Shown here: in pieces, positions 49,591 to 61,130 of the stretch | Position numbering within the stretch: the stretch's first letter is position 1 | Layout: every line of letters begins with the position of its first letter | Source: Podarcis liolepis | Lineage: Eukaryota | Assembly (NCBI GenBank): GCA_965112155.1 | Contig: OZ218105.1 | DNA length: 64,000 bases | Strand: one strand, 5' to 3' | Notes under the pieces: model-generated | Seen by the model: only the letters and a program-made list of their open reading frames with translations | What the model was told of the DNA's origin: nothing | Database searches by the model: none | Made by a program: the position numbers and the translations under genes

Positions 49591-49770
49591 ATGGTACCTG
49601 ACGTTTCCAACCATCTGGATGTGCATGCCTGGGGATTCTCGGATCCTGACTGTTTTCAGACACTAGCAACACAACCTGTATAATTCTATCTGCTATATTT
49701 TATCTGCACAGTCAGGATCCAAGAATCCCCAGGCATGCACCTCCAGATGGTTGGAGAGATCAGGTACCGT
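49591..49770. repeat. Inverted repeat, ~61-bp arms and 54-nt loop
   Basis: 49593-49653 versus 49708-49768 are reverse complementary with 5 mismatches by eye. Confidence 0.9.
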
Positions 49771-50984
49771 CCTGGCGCCTAGGCATCTTCACTTGGCGCA
49801 AGTGGCTGATAGCCAAGTGCAAAATGTGCCAGGCGAATTTCGAACGCTGCATACTGGGAGAAGTGAATTGTTGCAAGAGCAAGCTACTGTCAAGCAATGT
49901 AGCTGTGATAACAGAATTGTAATATTGGAAGGGACCTGTAAGAGCCATCTAGTCCAACTCTGACTAGTGGTCCTGCTAGCTAGGGACGATGGGAGTTGGT
50001 AGTCCAAACACAGCTGGAAACCCCAGTTTGGGAAACCCTGATCTAGATGAATCCTCTGCTGGATCTTGGCTCTTTCTGCAAATAAAAATAAGCCTTTCCA
50101 TTTGCATGAGGTCAAGTCTGGATCCAACCCATTCCAAATGAATTGAACACATGAAAAGAACAAATGTAAGCAATAAATTTCAATATTTCCATACCAGTTA
50201 TTTTTAAAAACAACAACTGACAATGCAGTCTTCTTTACATTGAATGAAATGTAAATACACAAAAGGCTATTCAAATGGATTGAAGATTGAGAGTAAACCT
50301 GACTGTACACAATGTATACCATGACAATTTTTTCTTTAAGTGCCATTCAAGTAGGGAGGACACTTGTTTTGGTTTCACATTAAACCTTGAGGTCAACTGA
50401 ACTTAGGCTGATCAGAGTGGTATTAAAAGCAGTAGCTTACACTATAGAAATTGAGTAAAAAATTGTGCACAAAGCTTGCTACTATTTCCCACCTAACTTG
50501 CAACAACTTTCTACACCAGAGATGGACGACCTGTCTCCCTCCAGAGGTTGCTTCATCCCTGACCACTAGTCATATTTGCTGAGGCTGCTGGGAAGTGGAT
50601 TCTGACCACCTCTGGAGGGCCACAGGTTCCTCATCCATGTACTACACAAATTTCAGCAGCAGGGCAAAGTAGTACAAAAAAGGAGCACAGTGTGAAACAA
50701 GAGCTTCTGAGAGTTTTCCAGTTTACTATATAAAACTTTCACCAACTAATTGTTCAAAGTTGTCAATATTGGCTGACAACACTGCACAGGTGGCGATCAT
50801 TTTGCATGCGTTCAACTGATGCACAACTGACTGCTTTTGGAATAGGCCAGAATGGAGTGAAAGAGGGTTGGCTTCTGTGCACTCCGCTGACATGCTCAGG
50901 GCCAGGAACGCAATCCCTGTAAAAATTGGGGGGAGGGGGCTGTATAGACATATGAGTGACATCTCATCTCTGAACCTGAATATA

Positions 50985-51244
50985 CCGTATTTTTTGCTCT
51001 ATAAGATTCACTTTTTTCCCTCCGAAAAAGTAAGGGAAAATGTGTGTGCCTCTTATGGAGCGAATGCAGGCTGCACAGCTATCCCAGAAGCCAGAACAGC
51101 AAGAGAGATCGCTGCTTTCGCTGCGCAGCGATCCCTCTTGTTGTTCTGGCTTCTGAGATTCAGAATATTTTTTTTCTTGTTTTCCTCCTCCAAAAACAAG
51201 GCGCGTCTTATGGTCTGGTGCGTCTTATAGAGCGAAAAATACGG
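50985..51244. mobile_element. Tc2/pogo-like MITE
   Basis: TIRs CCGTATTTTT(T/C)GCTCTATAAGA; TA TSD. Confidence 0.88.
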
Positions 51245-51726
51245 TAACTTCATAATTTAAATACACCAGGGAATCTTCAAATTTGTTTCTGAAATTTATG
51301 TGACATCCCTGAAATTGATGCTTTCAACTTCCAAGTTCCCAAATCAGTTCACACTCAGTCACAGAAGACACCATACCACATACATTTAAAAAGAGTTATC
51401 TTTTTAAAGACATAAAACACTAAAAGCGACCCTGAGCTGTGCTTTCACAAATCATTGTTAGCCATTATATACCTACAGAAGTTAAGTTCACTCAAATCTG
51501 CCCAGAAAAATGCTGAAGCGTAAATGATTGGAATATAAGATTGGGCTAGATTGCAGTTGGACTAGATGATCCAACTCTACAGTTCTATGATCCTTCTATG
51601 TTTTCATTTCTGGTGGACAACTTAAAATGGGTGCTTTAACTTTTGAAATGTAAGTATGTATTGCACCCATGGTCAATGTCAGCAGAGACAATATACAAAT
51701 CTTTATGGACCAACTGAATTGACATA

Positions 51727-51906
51727 CCGTATTTACTCGAGTCTAATGTGCCATCAAATATAATGTGCACCTCAATTTTCAGAACCTTGAAACCAAGCAA
51801 AGTATTTGGTGCCAAATGTAAATGTGCCATCAAATCTAATGTGTACCTTAATTTTCGCACTGTAATTTGGCCAAAAAAGGTGAGCGTTAGATTCGAGTAA
51901 ATATGG
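51727..51906. mobile_element. Tc2/pogo-like MITE (second family)
   Basis: TIRs CC(G/A)TATTTACTCGA(G/A)TCTAA; TA TSD. Confidence 0.85.
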
Positions 51907-52711
51907 TAGTATCAGGTTACATTACAAGAAGGCACTAGGTAGAAAAGACAGTACTTGTATTTATAGTCCGATCATAGCCAGTGGCAGTTTACAGGTAACA
52001 AGCTAGTGGTACGGTTACTGCCTCTAAAGAATTTACAATTTACACAGATAAGGGAGCAGATGGAAAGTATGGCAGAGAACCCCAAAGGTAACATGGAACA
52101 ATTAAATAGTCTGTGTCTCAAATAGGGATGAGAACAAGGAGATGGGGCCAAAGACCTTGTAGAAAAATTGCCCGAGAAGGGATTTGTAAGGAAAGAGGTG
52201 GTATCATGTAAATGTTTGGTGAAAGAGTCACAAAGGAGAACAAGGAACAATGGGGGCATTTAAGAGACCATGGAACTGACTGCATCACATTCCACAGATC
52301 ACTGAATTAACCATTGCCTATCCAAGAATACAGTTACGACACGAAATTAAAACTTACTGTTTTGCAGTGCTTAATTTCGAGGACTCATCTGATATACAGC
52401 TACAACTTGATTAAAGAGAATTCAACTGATCACCCTTCTCCAATCTCTCAGAAGAGCATGCATCAAGAAGGACAGACACAGGAATACAAGAGACACTGAT
52501 ATACTGATTTCCTACTCCTTCTACCTCAGAGAAGGAAACTAACGCAGCAAGGCACAAGAGAGGGGTGGTATGGCACACAATGGAGGAGTAATAAATGTAT
52601 GTGTGCACCCACACCCACAATCCTCTGGCATTTCACTTCCAACAATGATCAACTAGATGCACCTGCTCTTTCCCAGTAATAAGCACAGCAGCTTTCATTG
52701 ATCACAACATC

Positions 52712-52760
<49 letters not shown>
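52712..52760. repeat. Compound (CT)n(CA)n microsatellite
   Basis: Directly visible. Confidence 0.95.
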
Positions 52761-54398
52761 CGCCGCCTGCACAGTTCATTGCCAATAAAGATCTATCAAC
52801 CACCAGACACAGCAAGTACAGGACCCTCCTTCAGAGACCAATGGCCTTTTTAAAGACGTAAGAAGAGGCACCAGCAGCTCTACGTCTTCCTGAAGCATGA
52901 TGTTGGGAAGAGAGTGAGCAAGCCATGAGCCAATTTAACAAACAAAAAAAAAAAAAAAAAAAGGAGAAATGCTATGATTCTCTGACACTTCTCACTGAGT
53001 AAGCAGAACCTGAGAGCCAAGAAGAGCAACAGAGAAACGTGTTACAGTGCCATACATACAAAAGGGTAAGGAAAATTTAACTGGACAAAAATTTAATCCA
53101 GACATTATGTTTAATCAAATTATGTTGCTGCTTTCACTTTCATAATTGTGAGCTGCCATCGGTAGCCAGTAGTTATGTTCTATAAATGAAAAGGACTTCT
53201 GAAAAAAGAAATAGGTGCATCTCTTAACTGCGTTTATGAATAAAAGCAACTACTAGCCAGCTCAACAAACACCCAAGATGCTGTGATGGCTCATCTAAAA
53301 ATAAAGACCATTTCTTGCCAATGGGTACTTAATGTACAGAGAGAGAAAAATTGCCTACATACAGGATTTTTTTTAAAAAAGTATGTGAAGTCTGGTGTAT
53401 GAACACTGGTTGCAATTAAATCATTTACATGTGTACTAATAAAACTATTTTCTTCCTGCCCAGGGAGAAATTTTGAAATTCATTTCTTGGTATGTCATAC
53501 CACTATTTAGGGTTGATCAAATTAAATAATAGGATATTGCTATTCTTAAACATGGATACTTTGTTTACTTATGAAATTTGAAATTTACACCTTTGACTTA
53601 CTACAGGTTCCTCCCCCCCCCAAAAAAAAACTATGAGGGGAATGTTATGCAAGGTTTTTGTTGCAAGAAGTTCTCAGAACACAGGGAACGTACATGTTTG
53701 GCTCTTAAGACTTTCACACTTTAGATTTTGAAATCCAAGTGTACACAAACTAAGATCTGGTTGCATACAAGGGAACGTACATATATTTTAGGGAAGACGG
53801 TAGTAGTCCTAAAGTAATTAAATAGCTGAGCATTTTACCTCATGTAAGCAACCTACTGCCTTTATTTCTTTTACGACTATGATGGCAAAAGTTAATTCTC
53901 CTTCCACTGGGAGATTCTGGTGAAGTTTTCCCATTTTTTAAAAACAAACGAAACAAACGTAGATTTATATCTAGTACTGTCCTAAATGGGGAAATTTAAC
54001 AAAAAATAAACATTCAAATATGCACTCCAAATGTGGCCTTTACCAACAATGGTTAAGAAATTCAACAGCTTCCACCAAAATCATAGTAATCTGAATTGAA
54101 AGCTCAATGTGAAATTTAGTGTAAATCCAGTGAATCAATGAAATAAAGTATAAATGAGTATTTGAGAGCAGGGGTGCTTAACACAAAATTCAAAGTTATA
54201 GGGCTTTGTTATTTTCCTACTACTTCCCACAGTAGCTGTGGAAAATATTTCACCATCTTCTTCTCCATAAAAGAGAATAGTTGCTTATATATGACAAGAA
54301 GACATCTACACTGAAGACAGTGTTTCATCTCCTTTTTGTACCAAATACTGAGTACCTGTTGTTATTATTATTAAATTAAATTTGTATACTGCTCTATA

Positions 54399-55258
54399 CA
54401 GTGGTGCCCCGCAAGACGAATGCCTTGCAAGACGGAAAACTCGCTAGATGAAAGGGTTTTCCGTTTTTTGAGCTGCTTCGCAAGACGAATTTCCCTATGG
54501 GCTTGATTCGCAAGACGAAAAACGAAAACGTCTTGCAAGTTTGTTTCCTTTTTCTTAACACCGTTAATACAGTTGCGACTTGACTTCGAGGAGCAACTCA
54601 TAGAACGTGGTGTGGTAGCCTTTTTTGAGGTTTTTGAAGACTTTGGTGATTTTTGAAGCTTTTCCAAAACTTCTTTTAAACTTTAAAAAAAAATTTGGGG
54701 GGGGGGTTGGATTTTGGGTTGGGGTGTTTGGAATTCAAGGACTTGGTGTTGGGGAGGGGTTTGCAAGAATCTGGAAGCTTTTGTGGTTTTTTCCTGCATT
54801 TTTATGATTTTCTGTGACCATTGGGCCACTCTGCTGTTTTTTTTAAAAAAATCTGGATTTGAATTTCTGTGTGGTGGGCGGCTGGGGGAACAGTTGGGGA
54901 GGGGGTTCTTCAGCAAGAAGCAACGAGTGGAAGAGGAACCTTCTTCGAGTTGTCCCCCAGAGTCTTAGAAAATGTGTACACTTTGTTGATTTTTAAATGT
55001 TTTTCTGTCATGTTTAGAAACTTAATTTATTGATCCTTCAATTTTTGAAATGCCCTTTACAGTATGTGTGACTTTAAAGAGCACTTAATAAACTCTTGTT
55101 GTACCAAATTTGGCTTTGTTTGGACTTTTTTTGACCATAGGAACGCATTAATTGAATTTCAATGCATTCCTATGGGATTTCGTGCTTTGCAAGACGAAAA
55201 ATTCGCTAGACGAAAAAACTCGCAGAACGAATTAATTTCGTCTTGCGAGGCACCACTG
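54399..55258. mobile_element. Tc1/mariner MITE, family A, long copy (860 bp), inverted relative to 17468-17787
   Basis: Same TIRs and TA TSD; no intact transposase ORF. Confidence 0.9.
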
Positions 55259-57790
55259 TATCTGCAGGTCTCAGGGCAATTCACAACATGAACATTACAT
55301 TCAAACTGCATGCATGAACACTCCAGCATTGCTTTTATATCACCAGATACTCTTACATCTCATTTCCTCTGCAACATTCCCACCACCACTTGCCCAATTC
55401 TCACAAGGTGCTGTAGGCAATCGTCTCCCATCCTCAAGAGCATATGACAGATTTTAAAAAAAGAAAAGAAATATTTCAGTCCCTCCCAATTCAAGTCATC
55501 AGCAAGTCTACTTTCTTTGTCATCTTTCGTCTATTACTGAAATGCAAGACATGCTCATTAGTACTTTAGAAGCCAGTAATGTTGATACATATATTTCCTT
55601 TGAAATAGCAATTCCATTAAAAAAATAATGAAGTTTAACCATTAACCAATCTTGACTCAAGATGACTCAAAATCTGGTCAGCCACATCAAAGACTGCATA
55701 TTGATTACTATCAGGTATGACGTTAACAAGGCAATACTTATAAGTATCTGCATATTCTTCTAACATATGAATCTGCCCATTAAGCTGATTCAGACACTGC
55801 AATGAGCACTAGTATAGTTCTTCTCAGGGTTTTTTTTAAATCTGGGCACTAGAGAAAATCCCTAAAATCACAGCTGTTCCTCCTTCCATGATATATGCAA
55901 CCTTCCCATTCATTTTACTTGAGCAAATGAGGAACAGAGAACTGCAAAGTCTGGTGTAGGTTTCAGAAACCTACATATTCAATAAACCTAACAGCTTCAT
56001 AATCTTTCAAAAAGACATAAATCATAAACAGTACACAACTTTTGCAACTTAGTTTAACTGAGCTCCCTTATTAAATTTAGTAAGTTCACTACACATTTTC
56101 CAAACATCTTCACACCAATTCAATTTCAAGTGGATTTTGGCCTACTCAAATTTCTGATTTCCCCCAATGCTGAATTCTAACTCTCCTAGTTCCTGGTTGG
56201 TGATATATACACTATTAAAATTTAAGTTTATTTAGTATTTGCTTCTCTCAATCAGATTTATCAGTCGCATATTGACATCAAGAAGCCAAATCAGAATGAG
56301 ATTTATTTTTCCTGTCCTCACTTTGGCAGAGTTGAAGGGAAATAGCACAGAGCACATGGTTACTGCTGGTAAGTTAGATGGGAAATCACTTCACTTACAT
56401 GATATCCATTTCAAGCAAACTTCCAACAGATTAGACAGCACCAGTTCTATGAGATATCATCTATGAAAATGTATCCATAAAATGCTGGCACAATAAAAAA
56501 GTAAAAGTCACTTCATTTAGATCCATAAACATTTTTCCTTTCTCCTACAAGGGATTCTGTTATGCTGCATTTTATTTCTGAACCCAACCCAGCCAAAGGA
56601 AATCTTTTTTCTTGTTTTATCACAACTGATAGTATTACTTTATTGAACATGAGCTAACAGGGTCATCAAGAGGGCTACTTTCCTCACAAGAAGAATAACT
56701 TAACATTTAATAAGCAAAAACTATATTGACAAGTTAGGTGAGGCACCTTTCACATTCCCTTTTTCAAATTCAAAAGGAGTATTCCTACTACATAACACAA
56801 AACAAATATAGTTTCAAAACAAAACCAAGACCCATCCAGACTGCAGTAGACTCAAATATCTACAGCTTCAACATCTAAAAGGAATGGCCACAGCAGTTTT
56901 AGTTTTGGAGTTTTAGCATTGGTTTTAGCAGTTTAGGATACAAACGCAAAGGAAAACTATATTCTGCCAAAGACAGTAAAGGAAAATGGAGCCAGCACAT
57001 CATTGCAAACTCCACAAGGGCAAGCCCTTTTCTTACTTTCAGCCTCACAAATTACTCTACAATGAAGGTTAAAGCTTGCAGTCTATACATAAACCACGCA
57101 TGTGGTTTTTCTTGCCTAGCATCTTACGCTATTAGTCTTAATCAACCAGTCTTATTTAAGATGTTAAAATGGTGTAGCTAGTGTAAGCTAAGTTTGTTCC
57201 TAAGCAGGACCTATCATCCCCTTTCTGCTGCAAGTATTTCTAGCGCTGCCATGTAGTTTAGAGCATATTTCAAAGGGTTCATTTTCACAAGCATACGATA
57301 TTCTGATATTACTATATATGAATGAGTAAGTCTGTAGGTTAATTTCCAAATAAAGCTGCTGGTGTTTTAATACATCAAAGTCTCCTCGCTATCCCTACAG
57401 AGGTGTGTCAGGTCATACAAATGGCACCTTCACATGAGTGTTGAAATCATGAGCCCAGTGATACCTTCAGAGGCAAGTGTCAACTAGACATATTTGCATA
57501 ACACCATTTGGTTTCTTGTAACTAGTTTTCCTTAAAAAGTTACTACTACTGAAGTGGAAGCCCAAATGATTGATATAGGAAGATTTCAATATAGCAAAAT
57601 ATTAATATTTAACCTTTGATAAAGCAACCCAAATATTTGGGAATTTATAACTTGAATGTCAACATTAAAAGCACTAAGAAAGAAATATATTTAAAACAAA
57701 TATTCCCCAAAGGGAAAATTGCAAGAGGGAATGAGGGCAGAGGGAACGGAGCACACACATTAATGCAAGAAAACATATTTCTCAACCCAC

Positions 57791-58540
57791 CTGCTAGCAG
57801 GTCATCAAGAGTGTCGGTTAGCGTCTGTGCTGGAGTGGCAACCATTAATCCGTCTGGTTCTTGAACTAACAGCCCCTGACCATGTCCTGCAATTGGCTGC
57901 TGTTGTCCTACATTTTGCTGATTACCTAATACTTTCTGAAGTTCAAAAGAATCTGTCCCATTACAGCCTAGGTTACTTGAAAAATTACACTGTGGCGTTG
58001 ACAAAGGTTGGAGAGGGACAAACCCGGTTTGCTTAGCAGATGGTGGAGAGTGCTGCTGCTCATCTTTACCTGCCAGGATTCTGTCAACCTGCCATAACTC
58101 TGAAAAGCTATCCCCAGGCAGACCCTCATTGCCTTCCACTTCTGGGAGGACACCTGTGTGTGGGCACTGCTGCTGATGGGTAAGGGGCGACTCTGTCTGA
58201 CCTTTGGTCTCCAAATATTCTTTGGTAAATTGCTGTTGTGTTTTCATCTGTAATTGCCTTTCCACCTTTTGCAGCTCCTTCAGTATTTTCTTCTTCTTCT
58301 GCACTTGTTCTTCTCTGTTCTTTTTGAGCTCTTCAATCTTATCTTTATTCAAAGGTTCACCTTGAATTAACTCCAATGATTTAAGCTGTGCTTTTTCAAT
58401 AGCGCTAATTCTCTGTCCAAGTTCATTCAGCTTGCCTTCAGTTTCTTCCACTATACATTCCAAAGGCTGGTATGGGTGAAAAGGTGACAGTAGCTCCTGA
58501 TCTGCTACCTGAAGGGAAGTTGACTTCTGCTTGGATGTAC
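57791..58540 (-). CDS. ANKHD1: ANKHD1 exon 15-eq (coiled-coil linker between ankyrin blocks): GTSKQKST...TLTDTLDDLLA
   Basis: 750 nt, phase 1-1; ECIVEETEGKLNELGQRISAIEKAQL and KKKILKELQKVERQLQ motifs. Upstream exons lie outside the window. Confidence 0.96.
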
Positions 58541-60639
58541 CTAAGCACACGAAAAATGTTTGAAAAAATGCCATGCTGAGGTTAACCCATACCTCCCCAC
58601 GCTTTTCCCACCCAAAACTTTATAACTAACCACATTAGCATAAAATAGATTAAAGTCTACACCTCATATCAGGACAGACAGCACAAGACAGAATTGTAAT
58701 TTTAAAATGGACCCTAACTTCCAGTTGTAAAAAAAACTATGTTAATATTAAAATAAAAATGTGTCCCCTTAAATATTGTTTATCAAATAAATAAAATTAT
58801 ACTGCAAAAAAAATACAGAATATTTACCGATGTCTTGACTACTAACGTTCAGACAGACAAAAGCAGCAAAATCCTATAAATACACTGCAACACTAGAGAC
58901 TTAACTTGCAGAACACACACAACATCCAACACATACGCCGCTCTACCTATCTCTGGGAGTTGTGCTTTAAGAACATACTGTAAAAATTGCAAACAGCTAT
59001 ATTCCTCAATAAGGACCAATGCAAAAATATTGAACACGTATTAAAAGCAAATGAGCATTTGCTGCAGAAAGCCCTGTTTCTCTGAACAGTTCAGTTCAAA
59101 GGTTTAAACGCATCACAAAAGGCATCTAGAAAGAAATAGCTATCCTGTATCAGTACCTCTACAAATTCAAGTCATCCTTTGCTCAGAGCTTTGCTGTGCA
59201 GATGTCAAAAGTCAATGTTACATTAATGCACTTTTTTTAACCCCCCCCAAAAAATATTAGTTTGTGCGTGAGGGAGAGGGAGAAAAAGAAAAGAAACTAC
59301 TAAAAGATACAACATTTAATGGGGTGAATATGCAATTTCAAGATGGCCTTTATGAAGTTTCAAAATTACATGGCAACACTCAAGCTGTTCTAATAATCTC
59401 AAACAAGTTTATTTGACAAGACAGAGCATTACTACTACCGGCTTTTAACGCTGTGTTTTGACTCAGATTTTATGATGCTCACAGCAACTCTTATACTACA
59501 ACAAATTTAGCTAAAAATGAACTAATGCGTGGGTTTGGGGCTCTATAGTTATATTCAATGTCAAGTTCTTAAAATATGCTTTTAAAAGTTAGAACTGTCT
59601 TGATGCAAGATTAATTGAGCTTTCCTATCTTTGGAGTTGTGCTGAGGCATAAAACCTTGCAAACCTATAGGCACAATTAAATTATATTGCCTTAATAGGA
59701 CCAGTGTGATATAGATTAAGGTAACTGACACCGCCTGCAGTATAAAAGTCACATATTAAGCCAACTTTAAAGCTGCCAGCACACCAAGTAATTAACTGGA
59801 CCACTGTTATGTTTTTATTTTCTCAACCCATCAGGACTGTTAATTCTATCAGTCATCTGAAGAGAGAAGCATTTGGTCACCATTCACCTTCATTATGAAT
59901 CTTTTTACATTAACATATGCCACTTTTTATTTGAAGAAAAAACCTAAATTCATCTGTATTACTCTAAGAATAACATTAAAGTGAACCAAGTTTGGTCACA
60001 GCTCAAAGCATAGACCAAAGACTGTGCTGATTTGACTTTAGGATGGGATTTGTATATGTCAACTCTCCCCCTTTACCCTCTCCCATCACATATTTTTGAC
60101 AGTATTATTATTCTACTGGGATCCAATACAAAGAAACATTTTGAATATTTCAAAACTACTCCAAAAATATTATATTGATACCATATACCAAAAATATAAT
60201 CTAACAACAAGCTATAGGGTATAGGTACATTGATTCTCACAAGGTTAGGCTAGTAAGGAATTTAAGTTATCAGGAAGTCCAGGAGGAGAAAACCAGAGAG
60301 ACGAGATACTGTGCTCATCACAGAAAACAGATGGAAGTTGTAGTACAGCAACATCTGGAGGGCACCATGTTGATAACACCTGGTATAAGCCGAGGCAGAA
60401 GAGCAATGCTGGAGGAAGCTTCATGTATAATTGTTTTCTAAAGGAGCATCAAAACTTGTGTCAGAGAAAACATGTGCCTTGAAATATCTGAATGGCTAAG
60501 GTGAAATATGTTTTTGGCCACCTCAGAGGAAGGTAATATCACCATTATTCACAAGTTGGCAAAAAGCAGGTCTCTTGGGCCTTGGCATTTGTGTTATCAG
60601 GTGCCACAGGGCACTTTTTTTTTTATACCTAACAATATT

Positions 60640-61130
60640 TAACATCTACATAGAGCAGCTGGAAATGGTTGTTATGGGCTTTGGAGCAGTGTCAACTCTT
60701 CTCTGCAAGATCTGAATTATAATTGGCTATGTGGGCTTTGGACCAGTGTCTGGGCACAGGAGTGGGATGGATAAGGGCCAATAAACTGAATTTAAGCCCT
60801 GGCAAAAAGGAGGCCCTGTGGAAAAGTGGTTCCCAGGTCTGGGAGATACATCAGTTACCTGTTCTGGACAGACTTACACTCCATCTGAAGCAGCAGGTAC
60901 TTTTTACCAGCTTTGTTTCGTAAGACAATTATAGCAGTTTCTGGAATAAGATAGCTTGACCACAGTAGTCCAGGCATTGGAAACCTCAGGACTGGATGAC
61001 CTACATGCCTTGGCCTTAGCCAGAAAGGTGTAGAATGCAGCAGCTAGGCTGTTAACTGTAGTATCCCAATACACCACTTCTGGTGAGAGTGCTACACTGG
61101 CTACTAATATGCTATAGGGCACCATTCATC
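60640..61130 (+). mobile_element. Old L2 fragment
   Basis: WIRANKLNLSPGKKEAL and AAARLLT motifs, heavily degraded. Confidence 0.65.

Noticed and set aside
49789-50346. 185-aa minus-strand ORF
   Set aside because: Spans MITE and CR1 fragments, has no recognisable domain and no supporting exon structure.
59830-59900. Possible C/D snoRNA (CTGA boxes on the minus strand)
   Set aside because: No proper RUGAUGA C box or terminal stem.
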